Shown here one piece after another: positions 9,875 to 21,514 of a DNA stretch of 24,939 bases; position 1 is the first letter of the stretch, and each line of letters opens with the position of its first letter. Location of the stretch: NCBI GenBank assembly GCA_000934665.2, contig KZ538288.1, positions 62,001 to 86,939 of the forward strand, read 5' to 3'. The stretch comes from Catajapyx aquilonaris. Taxonomy: Eukaryota. The notes beneath the pieces were generated by a model, which saw nothing but the letters and a program-made list of their open reading frames with translations, was not told where the DNA came from and made no database searches. The position numbers and the translations under genes were made by a program.

Positions 9875-10783
9875 TTGTCACGCACCGTCACGCAGACTCC
9901 CTCCAATTCATGCAAATTGCCATTTGCGGATTTACATGCAGACTATAAAAAGAAGTGCACGTTTCCGTGCTATTATGCATCCCTTTCACTAACTACCGGG
10001 TGTCCCCAAAATCCGGGAAACGTGTCGATTGTCTTTGCGGGTGTTACGCCAATAAGCGCACCGAGGGTCATATTTACCTACTATCCTTGGCCTCCTCCAT
10101 CTCATTGTTATTGTGCACTTCGACCCTGAGATTTACACTTGACAATCTCCGGAATGCGTTTGGAGCTACGGAAAACGGGACGATTCCTATATTGGAAAGT
10201 TCGTAGCCTCAGGGCGACTAAAGGTCACACTCGATAGGAGCCATATACGCATGGGCACAATGTAAGAAGCCAATCACCGTGTGCGTGATGTGAATCTGTA
10301 ATTTTATGGAGGGGGTTTCGTAAGGCCAACTAATGTCCGAATAATAATCGAAGAAACATGGCCTTTCACCAACAGCTTGGTGCGTAACGGTCGGAAGCAC
10401 TGAGTGTTTACTGTGCTGACCTGGGTCATATGCAAAACAGTGGTTGCCCCACATTGGTCATAAAAGACCGATCCACTTTAGCCATCATGCAATGGTATGT
10501 TGTTTGTGTATGAGAGGGACTCGTTCATTTTTAATGTGAGAGTCGTTATGGGTGACTCGGTCGTCCTGTGGAATATCCCCAAAGCGTCATATTATGGTTA
10601 CCTTAGTGATAAATATCAGTGGCAACGTAACATACGAGCTATTAATATGTCCAGCTGGCGTAATGTTGGCCACTAATTAGCACCTTGGCACATGGAAGAT
10701 TTTGCACAATTTTTTTGTGGATCTAAGCCTGACATATTAATTTCTACAGCACATGCTGATTATGTGTCCGATTTTAAATTAAC

Positions 10784-10857
10784 ACTAGCTCCATCCACCA
10801 GAGGCGCTGCTTTCTCCATTGCGCAGGCGCAGAACGAGGGCCAATCGGAAGTCTCGG
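10784..10857 (-). repeat. Dispersed copy of the inner segment of the 8843-9325 element
   Basis: CCACCAGAGGCGCTGC..CCATTGCGCAGGCGCAGAACGAGGGCCAATCGGAAG is the reverse-complement match of ~8971-9050. Confidence 0.8.
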
Positions 10858-10881
10858 TCATACAACGAAGGATGTCACTGT

Positions 10882-10985
10882 AATAGTCATAATAGTCACG
10901 ACTCCTTCGTGACAATATTATGACTATTTCTGCGACATGACATGACTGTGACGTGACATGACTATTACTTAATTAATAGTCATGT
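10882..10985. repeat. Two adjacent hairpins within a TGAC/GTCA motif array
   Basis: AATAGTCATAATAGTCACGA (10882-10901) pairs with TCGTGACAATATTATGACTATT (10907-10928). ACATGACTATTA (10956-10967) pairs perfectly with TAATAGTCATGT (10974-10985). Confidence 0.7.
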
Positions 10986-11683
10986 GTGATACTCATGGCC
11001 AATAATGCACAAATGAATGACATCACGCAGTCACCGTCCTCAACCTCCATCCTATTCAAGACAAAAGAGAGCACCGTACTTATATCTCCAAACCGTACTG
11101 GAGCATTTCATTGTATTCAGCACACAAAACGTATGACTCTTTGCCAGCAGATTCTTCAAAAGAAAATGAATATGAAGAAAGAAAGAAAAAAAATCACAAA
11201 GGAAGGTCAAAGCACCATCGGCGTGTCATCTGATCCCTTACGTGCTGAGCTGACTGCCTAGTGAAAGGGAAGGTGAAAAAACCCTGCAGCAGGTGTGACT
11301 TATTGGACGAGATGGACGGGTAAACAATGGTGCCTGTGCTCCAAAGTGAAACCGAGGTATTTAGGTCCTAGCGCGCTTATGCACCCAGAAGCACAGGGGG
11401 TTGACTCGTGGCATAATCGCGGTGTAGTGCAACGGATCGAGATGGTACAAGGTGGTGACAAGTGTGCACAATGCCAGAAATGCCTTGCCCCAAATAGATA
11501 TTGCAGAAACGCTGAATCACATGTTTATGCGAATATCAGACAGTCGACGAGTAAGCGCATTAATGGAAGTGTCGCAATTGTTCATATAGGCCTACCTATA
11601 AGATCGCAAACCTTCATTGGAAACAGATCATTGCACTTGTCTCACATTTCAAATTCGATATAATTATTTTACTCCAGTAATTA

Positions 11684-11720
11684 TCAACTCGATATTTATA
11701 AATGTGAAAGTTTGCATGTC
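11684..11720 (+). mobile_element. Helitron-like 5' end fragment
   Basis: A|TCAACTCGATATTTATAAATGTGAAAGTTTG resembles the 5' signature at 7253 and 8847; no matching 3' end found. Confidence 0.3.
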
Positions 11721-12066
11721 CAGGCTACCTAGCACACTTTCACACCTCTAAGAGTATTAAAACTCAGCACACTCATGGCTTATGTGCCACTGATTGAGGG
11801 AAAAGTAGTTATTTTATTGTAATTGATTTAAATTCACATTATGCGTTATTTTATTCTTATTCGATTGCAGGTTTAGTTTATTCCTGTTCTAAGTAATTAT
11901 GTAAATGTTTAGTGTTTAATTCCCGCTAATTAATTTAATGCCGTATATTTCATTGTAATACATTTTTGACGACTTATACGGTTTGAAGTTATTTTTTTAT
12001 TATACAATAATTTGTAGCTTACATTTGAATAAGAGCAAAAACATTCCCTCCAGTGGAAAAAAGGGT

Positions 12067-12797
12067 AGTAAGACCTCCGCGGCGGAATTAAAGTACTGAA
12101 ACAAGGCAGGCGCACGTAAGACCTTCACCAGTTGATTTAAGCTGTACCATAGGTCTTACTCAAGCAATTACCAATTTACTACTTATCTCCTTTCTCATTA
12201 CAGTTTGTGGAATTTTTGTCGTACTACTAGTTACTTCTAAAACTTAGTGTAGTGCAATGGTACTGCTAAGTTAGCAGTGACTACAGGCCTAGAGTTAATA
12301 CTAATAGTAGTACGACGAAAATTCCACCCATTAATTTCCCATGAGCCACTCCATTATGAAATTAGGAACTTCAATATTAAGCACATTGAATTTCTATACG
12401 ATTGGTGCCAGTTATTGCCATGAAACATTCATGCAGAATCGCCACCCCTTTCAGATGGTGATTTTAACTATTATGTTTAATTTTTCACATATATAAACGT
12501 TAATATATTGGTGAATTTCAGAGGGTCTTTTTCGATTGGACCAAGTCTGTTAGGATGGGATTAGTTTTTTCTTGTTCCTGTTTTATTATTTTATTTTCAA
12601 AATAAAACTATGCCTGCTCTCTGAGTAGTTTGCAGCAGTAATTTTTACGAGCCGTTCCATACAGTACTTAAGAATTGCTTGAGTAAGACCTATGGTACAG
12701 CTTCAATCAATTGGTGAAGGTCTTACGTGCGCCTGCCTTGTTTCAGTACTTTCATTCCGTCGCGGAGGTCTGTTGAAATCTATGCTACGGTCTTACT
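12067..12797. mobile_element. Non-autonomous DNA transposon (MITE) with long terminal inverted repeats
   Basis: 12071-12169 and 12673-12771 are 99-bp inverted repeats with 4 mismatches. Outer termini are AGTAAGACC (12067) and GGTCTTACT (12789-12797). GTAAGACC recurs within both arms. Confidence 0.85.
12207..12327. mobile_element. Small hairpin MITE nested in the 12067-12797 element
   Basis: 23-bp inverted termini GTGGAATTTTTGTCGTACTACTA / TAGTAGTACGACGAAAATTCCAC (1 mismatch), with a central palindrome ACTGCTAA-G-TTAGCAGT (12262-12278). Confidence 0.7.
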
Positions 12798-13147
12798 TAA
12801 GGGCTACCGCACTTAAAATAAAGAATCCAGTGAGATGACCTAATAGATAGATTCTAGCTCAGATATGCAGAGACCATACTGACCCTGCTGGTGCTGAAGT
12901 GCTGTGGTTGCCCCAGCCAGGTGTACGGAAGAACAATCACAGATTTATATGGAAGTCTTGCCTGAACACTACACAATATTACGGAAGCTCACAACGAAAA
13001 TAATGGTGGGCTCGGAAAACAGACAGAATCAGAACTCCTTAATATTTCACTCCGTATCCTAGATACGGAAACAATTACGACCTGTAAACGGTAATTGTTA
13101 TTGCTAGGTGATGGGACCCTGATTTGATTGTTGTTAGGCTGTTGTCA

Positions 13148-13209
13148 AGGGTTTAAACCGGCTTTGAACCGGGTTTACATTTGAACCACTGTTCGAGAAA
13201 ACGGCCCTT
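13148..13209. mobile_element. Possible solo PIF/Harbinger-type MITE end
   Basis: Repeated TTT(A/G)AACC units ending in GTTCGAGAAAACGGCCC|TTA (GGGC terminus, TTA/TAA target). No partner terminus found. Confidence 0.3.
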
Positions 13210-14000
13210 AAGGGCTGCATATGGCCAATTGATATTTAATCATAATGTATGACACACTGCAATAATGAAAATTATTACGTACAATTCACCCAATTATTTA
13301 TTTTATTTTTATCCGACTATTAGCATACCGTATTTTATCAGATAGGTCGGACAATCAGGTGAATCGTGAGCGAATTTCGTACGTGTAAAGTCCGATCCCT
13401 CGAGTGTATGTTATTTTGTTTAATTACTTACTTTAAAATTGAGAGCGAGAAAAAAAAATCTGATAAATATCGGTCGCCTATCTCTGGCCTAGTGACAGGC
13501 CAATTTGCAAAAATGCTGCAGGGCAAGTCCACCTGAATATTGCGCAAAATTTACTCATCGCCAAGAGCTGCGCACCACATTATTTTCTCACGGCACGCCA
13601 TACATTTGTGCGTGATTTCTCGCAATCTTGGCCCACCCACGCACGCAAAAAAAAAACGCTCCCCCTTCCAAAATAATATCGTGAAATGCCATAAGGCACT
13701 CTTTTTATTCGATACATTCACAAACACACAATGCAAAAAAAAGTGTGCAAACTGCTTGCTTATTCCACTCGCAGCGAATCAACTTTCGCGAATTTTCACT
13801 GCTCGTCATTGATCATGTGTGACTTTCGCCTACACAAAATGAATTATCAGCCGAATCATTTTTTGCAATTACAAAAAAAATTCGCAACGTAATCTTCACT
13901 ATAAAGATACACCTAAACGGCAGCTTTTTCTGCAAGAAGTCACTTTCCCTTTTACCTCGGGGTCACTCTTAAAAGGTTGTCACCATCACATATAACCCAC

Positions 14001-14069
14001 CTGTTTTATCTCCTTCAGATTTTACTATCCGTTGGCGAAACCCTCATCCTCACCGGCCCGGCAGTCTAC
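14001..14069 (-). other. Candidate 5' UTR exon of the GT92 gene
   Basis: Minus-strand acceptor ggtatttttgtgtgtttacAG|G at 14070/14069. Donors CAG|GTGGGT (exon end 14001) or GAG|GTAAAA (exon end 13956). The interior is more purine/GC-rich than the flanks. Confidence 0.35.
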
Positions 14070-14632
14070 CTGTAAACACACAAAAATACCTCTCATTAGA
14101 TGTTGCATGCAAAAAAAAATAACTGTTTTCGTTTTAACCCCATCTTCACCCAGTAATTTTAATTTCGGCGGAATACAGGAAGGGAAGGTTGCAATTATCC
14201 CCTCTAGGTCACACCTACAAGGACTACAACTCCTGCCAAAAAATCAAAAGTTTGCAAAATTTTTGCAGGAAAAATTGAGCATTGTTGTTACATCCTTGAC
14301 AGCTGGTGAAAGCTGTTAGGTAGAGAGAGAGAGAGAGAAAAAAAATCTTTCAATTGCGAAAATCCGTCATCAGTGTGTGCGCATCCCGTGCAAAAACGTC
14401 CTTCGAAGGGCTGAGCAATAAGTCAAAACCGAGGTGTAACTCCCACCTTACCATCCTTGGCACCATACTGGTTTGACCGCACGACCGTTTTTCCACTACC
14501 GTATGCTCATACTCCACGACATTGCTTTCACAGGAAATTCCTCTCTTAAACTAATCCTCGATTGATAAAAGAAGAGAATGGAGATCAAGCCTTTTTCACA
14601 CGTAAGATAATAAATACAATTTTTTTCCTAGA

Positions 14633-14675
14633 CCCCCCCCCCCCNNNNNNNNNNNNNNNCCCCCCCCCCCCCCCC
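14633..14675. other. Poly-C tract spanning a 15-N assembly gap
   Basis: C12-N15-C16, flanked by the inverted pair AATTTTTTTCCT / AGGAAAAAAATT. Confidence 0.9.
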
Positions 14676-14940
14676 ACAGGAAAAAAATTTGTGACAAGTG
14701 TTGCTCAATAATGATCGATTTCGAGCCTGAAAAAAAGTGGGGTAAGTGTCGATATGTGTTTGTCTTAAACCAGGCAGTGTGTCATGTTGCTCCAAGTGAT
14801 CGATGGACCGATAACCAAACTTTCACAGACTATTTTTGGGGACACCCTCAATTTGTCAATGTGCCACGTAGTTCATAATACTAGAAATGTTAGGTGAAAA
14901 AAAGTGAATCCATCTCGACTTGAAAATTTGTGAAAATTCT

Positions 14941-15298
14941 GCAGCTTTTTTTCATTTTTAAAATAGACACAGAACCTTTAAAAAATGTCATTTCCTTCTT
15001 CAGGCAGTAAGCGATGTCAGTTAAATTGTATTACAATTTGTTGAGTTGAGTCTAGTTCACAAAAATTGACATTTAATGAAAATCGATAGTTATGACGCGC
15101 AGAATAAATTTCTTTGGGAGAAATCAGCAGCTTTTTCCTATTTACGTAAACTGCAGCGAATCTTCCAAAAAAAATCAATCAAACTCTCCTTCTGCAAGCA
15201 GTCATCGATGTCAATTAATTAACTGATTATTATTTTGTAACTTACCAGTTGAATATAGGGCACAATTGACATTAAGTCAAAAAATCGATCATTATGAC
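14941..15298. repeat. Diverged two-copy tandem duplication (period ~190-200 bp)
   Basis: Colinear anchors GCAGCTTTTT (14941/15127), CCTTCT, GCAGT..CGATGTCA.TTAA, AGTTGA, AATTGACATT and AAAATCGAT..TTATGAC. Confidence 0.65.
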
Positions 15299-16401
15299 AC
15301 ACTATGGTGCAAATATGTAAATTATGAATGAATTAAATGTATAGTTATAGTGAACAACACAATTCGAAAAATTGGTTTATTTTCAATTAATATTTTCCAA
15401 CGTTCATATCGCCTTATTTGGTCAGTTTAAAGTAGCTAAACGCAACTTTCAACTCGGATTTTCACAGCTCAATGAACATACCGGCACTAATTGTTATTTT
15501 ATACCTTTTCAGCTGAAGACCTAATGATCAGCTGTGGGGTAACTTGTTTTTTTGATATGAAACATTGTATCATTAAGCCGTCCAAAGATTGCCTTCATGT
15601 TTCTTTCATTTTTCTTAGAATTCACTTCCAACTAAAAAAATTTCATAGAACACAGCAGCAGGATCAATGCCGGAAGGCATCTTAGATGATTGCTGTGAAT
15701 CACGAACCTTCCATTGATTCGCTGCCAAAAAAGTGCACAATTTTAGCCAAATAAGCCAGGTCGTGCTTAATTATTCATGTACCCTGATGACGTCAAGTGT
15801 ACAAATCAGTAGTTTGCAGGCGAATTACGACCCACGAACTCTCCAGGCACAGTGATTTTATTCCAGACGCCGTATGGACGCATAAATACTGTGACCTCAA
15901 CTCTTTTGCCAGATGACATCACACGAGAATTACTTACTTACTTGGCCAGCGCAAAAAATGGGTGGGGTTCGTACATGCGGGTAAATTACGAATCTTGCTT
16001 CCATTGTTGCTGCCTTTCATTTTTTTGTCTCTTCCAAACGTAAATCTGACCTTAAACTACTGGGGAGTCGACCTGAGATAACTTCAGGCCTGGAAACGCC
16101 CTTAAACCAGAATAAAAGACCTTCGCCCGCAGGACAATGTCTTTTTATGCAGTGCTTGTAATGAGTGTGTGCCCACATGACAGCCAATAGCAACCGAAAA
16201 AGATGGTTGGATAACTATCTTTTTCACGATTATAAGCAATAAGGTGTTACGCCCTATAGCTCTTTTTAACTAAACCTTGCTGGTAAGATCATGTCACCAA
16301 CAGAGGTTTGTTATTCATTCATTTATTACCACACCATTTTACACACATTTTATCAAAAAATTACTAAATAATCTTCGCGTATCATCCGCATGTCTCTATA
16401 G

Positions 16402-16662
16402 CCAATGAAGTCGCATCTCGACAATCACGTGGCTCAAAAGGTCACCCACGAATATCGATACATCGCGAACGAGAATATCGATACGTATCAACGCGGCTAC
16501 TAAAATTTTTTGAAAAATTAATTAATATAAATGGGCAGTTCCGATGCCCAATGACGTCACATCGCACCAATCAATGGCGCGGCGCAAAACGTCATCCATA
16601 AATATCGATACATCGCTGAAGATACTACCGATACGTATCGAGACAAATAACGCCGGCTACTA
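16402..16662. promoter_or_regulatory. Promoter-like cluster: 3 DRE, 3 CCAAT, CRE, E-box
   Basis: TATCGATA at 16453, 16476 and 16603; CCAAT at 16402, 16548 and 16567; TGACGTCA at 16552; CACGTG at 16426; CpG-rich. AATATCGATACATCGC is repeated exactly at 16451 and 16601. Confidence 0.5.
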
Positions 16663-18182
16663 TGTATAGTTCAAATTTAATTAGTGGATTACCACGTAAG
16701 AAATATGTCCATTTCCTTCGCTCAATAATTCCGAAAAACGTACCCTTGAAATTCCTGGCTTTCCTTCCCCTTGCAAATGGAAACACAGAGAGCTCTTTCA
16801 ACTTCTTCGGAACAACCTCAACCAAGGCCAGCCACGTTGCCATGTCCCGCACCTGCAGCAGCAGCAGCAGCACACACAAAAAATGGACATACCTGACCGA
16901 TCCTGAGGATTACGACTTCTAATGGTCACCACTTCCGTTCTTACCCCGGCCGCGGCCTTTCTCAAGGAAAGAATAATAATCATCGCTGATGTCATGATTA
17001 CTTTACTGATGTCACGAAATTGTGACCCCGATCCGTTGATGTGACCCCATCGGTCCAATCCAAGGATGAAGACTCACCTTAATTAGGTCTAATTAATGAC
17101 TCCGAAATCAGGTCAGAATGGTACCACATGCGATTCCGAAATACCAAATGTAATTGCTGGACATTTTGTTTGTCGATTGCAATTCTCTCAAGGATTCTGA
17201 TGACATCAGGTCCTTGATGAGTTTGCAATATTTTTGTCAAGGTGGGAAAGCAATGCGGTGGATCAGGTTTATAAATAAGGGTTTCAAATAGTGATAAAAA
17301 TTGGCGGCGTGTAAAATAAAACTCCCACGTCATTGACAGGTGTTCACATGCGTGTGGATTGTTTACAAGCTACCGTACATGCATTTGTTCAAACATATAC
17401 AAGTGCAGACGATGAAGTAGGAAATGCAAATAAGACCACAATTTGTATTTTTTTTAAAAATCGAATAATCCGAAAAAAAAATCAGCGAAACAAATCAATT
17501 CACTGCAGTTCATGACTTGTTGGGCAATTCAATGTCACCTTGCCAAATCCGTTTAGCGAAAATTTCGCATTAACTTCCTCCCATTATTGACGATCAGGCA
17601 AACCGTGACTGGCTCACCAAATAACAAGTGAGTCACTACCGGAAATTAAAAGCTTGCTTGGTCACCTTACATCACGCGAAAAAAGGAGCCGAGGCGATGA
17701 GCGCAATATCTCCTCATATTTATTTACGTCTCACGACAGTACAAAATTTTCGACCTTGCCTCAAGCCATGAATGCCATTCTGGTAGAGAACCCATACGGA
17801 AAGTAACTACTTTTTTTTTTTTGCTTTTAATTGCAAACGGAAATTGTTTTTTTGTATATGGCACGTCCTTTCGCATACACACAAAAAAAACAAATTAGCA
17901 ATAAAACGAAAATGTTGTTCCAACTTTTTGAGATTTTCATCTAGCGTGGCTCAACCTGGCACGACACTATAAAAAAATTGCGACATGAAGTGTGTTGCAA
18001 TTTTTAAAGGACTATATGCTGTTTATCATTAAACTGGTACTTTCCAACAGGTGAAACTTTAAAATTAGTAGAAATTGGCCATTTTTTGTAAAGCATTGTT
18101 GGAGTCGAGCCCACAAAATAAATAACTACAGTATTAATCTATAGATATGACTGAATTTCGGTAGGCATATCTGGATTATTAA

Positions 18183-18185
<3 letters not shown>

Positions 18186-18263
<78 letters not shown>
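18186..18263. repeat. (TTA)26 microsatellite
   Basis: Perfect trinucleotide run. Confidence 0.97.
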
Positions 18264-18266
<3 letters not shown>

Positions 18267-19317
18267 TGTATCAGGTGCAAATAAAACTCATTGAAATATC
18301 GTACAGAGTCAGAAATATATCCCTGAAATAATTGTTGACTAAAAGTATAAAGAAAAATTCGTTTCATTGCAGACACTTCCAATTGGACCACTCTCTTTAC
18401 AACATATCTCGAACATGTCATGCTTTCAAATATACTAATTTGGCACAACTACAGCTTTAGCACACACAAAAAAAGTCACTTGTAAACGAAATATATGGAT
18501 CTTTCACGTCTTGAACCTCTCAAAAAAAGTGGGTCATGTTTACACAAAAAAGGAGAAAATGCCCCCCACGTAAATCACCAATAACATTGCATGCAGCTCG
18601 ATTATTATCCAAGTAAACCAGATCTGCCAACTTACGCAATAATTCACAAGATTGAGGATCTTCGGCCACTTAAACATCTTAAAAAGGATGTAGGAAGCTC
18701 CCTAGTTTTTTTTTAATCCATGCCAATCCTTTCGCCATATAATATTAGAAATCTGAACCTGCTCTTTTTTTAAAATCTTATTGTTAAAATACTCCCGTTG
18801 CGCAAGGTTTTAAGTTACGATTTCCTGAGTGCAACAAATGGGGAAGCGACGTTCCAGATTTCTCGTTTAAAAAATCCATAACCCGATGTCCTCAGGTTAT
18901 ATCTTTTGCCACCGGATCCTTACACGCGAGATAAAAATCGGAGTTCCGGGCTTTTATGAAAGCACGTATTATAAAGTTTCCACACCGACAATGGAAATAT
19001 TGACGGCATCCTGAACCGCTTTCAATAACAATGCGGATAATGATTTTCATATATTCAATGTCGACGTTGAATTTTTTATAAATAGCATTAGTGTCAGGCT
19101 ATCAAAGTGTGTCGATCATCTTTTTTTTAAAAAAAAAAAAAGATCAAGGTCTACGTTACATGCACAAACATAACTGCTAACGTCACTATAGGATCTGGTT
19201 ATCTGACTCCGAGATCAATAAGGCACAATGGAGCCAACGTGCCTAATCCGCTCTTGCAAAAAAAAACAAAAAAAAGGTCTCGCCAACAATAGTATGCCGA
19301 TTTGATTTGCATGAAAT

Positions 19318-19636
19318 GTTTTGGAAAGCGTGAAAAAAGGCAAAGTGCTCAGTCAGATACTCTTCCTTTAGAAACGGATGGGAAATATAACCTGTTTTTT
19401 TTTTTTTTTTTTTTTTTTGCGAATGTACTTTTTGACTGATTCGAATCGTTGCTCACGATCTGGATATTAAATACGAGCAATTNGTTTTGGAAAGCGTGAA
19501 AAAAGGCAAAGCAGTCAGATACTCTTCCTTTAGAAACGGATGGGAAATATAACCTGATTTTTTTTTTTTTTTGCGAATGTACTTTTTGACTGATTCGAAT
19601 CGTTGCTCACGATCTGGATATTAAATACGAGCAATT
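19318..19636. repeat. Near-identical duplication across a single N (probable assembly artefact)
   Basis: 19318-19482 and 19484-19636 differ only by a 4-bp indel (TGCT) and the poly-T tract, and abut N19483. Confidence 0.85.
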
Positions 19637-19901
19637 GTTGCATTCTAAAATAAGCGACATATTTCTACAGGCAAATTTTCACTATTTATATGACGCTTCG
19701 GTAAATAATTTTGAATGACAATACCTAGTTGAAAGCTCAGTCACTTCCGACAAATCATATCGAATTTATAAGCGAAATGTTGTTCCCATTTTGAGTCAAT
19801 TGTCGTAAAATGTGTAAGCTACTTTTTCACAAAAGTTTGCAGTAAATTTACCTGCCATGTGCACATATTAGATTGCGCATCAAATGACTGATAATTCGAC
19901 T

Positions 19902-20165
19902 AAATTCGACTAAAAAATTGCTCACTGCAATTTTAGTAAAGTTGTTTACAAATAATTATGAATATGTGCGCGCAATTGTAACATGTACACAAGCCTGCAA
20001 CTATATTCGCAATATTTTATCGAAATCTGATACAAACATAAAACTACTAAAAATTCGATTCAAAAATTGCGCTCAAAAAAAATCCTCATTGCACTTTGAG
20101 TTTTTACGCTAATTCGTTTAAAACTACATGAATATGACAGTGCAATGGTAACATGTGCACGAGTC
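19902..20165. repeat. Diverged two-copy duplication (offset ~170 bp)
   Basis: ATGAATATG..GCAATTGTAACATGTACAC (19958) versus ATGAATATG..GCAATGGTAACATGTGCAC (20128); upstream anchors AAATTCGA and CTCA.TGCA.TTT. Confidence 0.55.
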
Positions 20166-21435
20166 ATATTTTTACAGCGTCTTAGAGCAAATAAAATGAC
20201 TTCTGACTCACCAGCTCGGTTTGTAAACAACCAAGTTACAGCCACAGGTCATGCAGTAATATAATGTTATCCAGCACTTGGTAAGTTTCCCGACTGACCT
20301 TGCAGGCAGTGTCTACCAAACTGAGCCTGCGCGCACTCAAAGCCTAATGCAATAATAGGGCACGTCATCTGAATATCACCAGAGTGTCTGGTCGGTCCTA
20401 TTCATATACGGGCATTATCGCGTGACAAGGTCCGACCATTGAATAACAGACGCAAAGCACGAGACAATAGATACACTTCGAAGTCGGTTAACACCTCGGA
20501 TGAAGAGAGAGGATTTCCCCATATAATTTTTTTAAAAAAATATGTCTTAATTTAGGACAACTCCGCCCTCGCAAAAAGTTTCGCAAAAAAAAATGACAAC
20601 TCAAAAGGTAGTCACGATTCTTTCTGACAGACAAAGATGACATCATGCTAGAAATTGAGCTGCAGGTGACCCTAGCATTCTAACATTTTTTTTTAATAAC
20701 ACAAAAAATTTAAGGCATCATACTCAAATCCGGCAGTAAAAATTATTACGAAACGTGGGTTGCAACACCGTGTGAAAGGATGACATTTTTGAAGCGTTAC
20801 TGTTTGTCATGCAGCGTGCAAGTTTTTAGAAAGCCATTGCTCTCATCGGGAGCCTGTCTGAATGTCACTTTCATATATGATAGCTAACAACATCTGGATG
20901 TCAGGTGGTACCGATCCCATCAATTCAAATCGATCATCTGGTCGTGGAGCAATATATAGGAATTCATGTCAGTATTGTCAGGTGCATTCAGTATGATCAT
21001 GAATCGCCACAATTTTTAGTGGAAGTTTTTTCCTAATAATGTGTAAGGTGAAAAAAGTGAAACTCAGTATATTCCGGTATTGCTGAAATCCGGAAATTCG
21101 CAATTTTGCAAAAATTTCTATTCAAAATCGCCACAGGAAAGGCCACTAACAGTAATTTATGTTAAATTTTCCAAGCAATAAAATAACGTGCACTTTCCAT
21201 AGTTACATATTGTTCAATAAAAATGACATTTCATTGGATTAATGATTTTGCAACACGTTACACATGCCAAATATGATTTTGGATACATTACTTTCATTAA
21301 ATCCACTGTAAGAAAATCAGCTATTGCCATTTAAAAAATTTGCCAATTTTAAAAGTGCCAAGAAAACCCTTCGCTTCGCTCACTGGGTGCAGGGGGTGGG
21401 GAGGGAGCGATGTAGACCCTCCGACTGACATGGAT

Positions 21436-21514
21436 GGTTCCTCCTCCCACCCACCATCCTGCTTCCACCATCATTGCGCCTGCGCAGAACGGGGCCCAAT
21501 CGAAAACGACGCGG
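21436..21514 (-). repeat. Another dispersed copy of the same inner segment
   Basis: GTTCCTCCTCCCACCCACCA..CATTGCGCCTGCGCAGAACGGGGCCCAATCGAAAACGACGCG matches the reverse complement of ~8970-9047. Confidence 0.75.

Noticed and set aside
10986..11663. ORFs of 91 and 122 aa as a gene
   Set aside because: GTG starts, no recognisable domain or splice structure; possibly old TE debris, but unsupported.
9998..14847. GGGTGTCCCCAAAA at ~9998 and its inverse at ~14834-14847 as ends of one 4.8-kb transposon
   Set aside because: Only 14 bp match, outer bases and TA flanks disagree, and no transposase lies between. More likely independent mariner-MITE fragments.
16625..17058. Short ORFs with poly-Leu/Ser/Cys
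   Set aside because: Caused by a short (CAG)n run at ~16856-16871; no protein-like features.
18179..18448. ORF with poly-Asn tract
   Set aside because: Produced by the (TTA)26 microsatellite.
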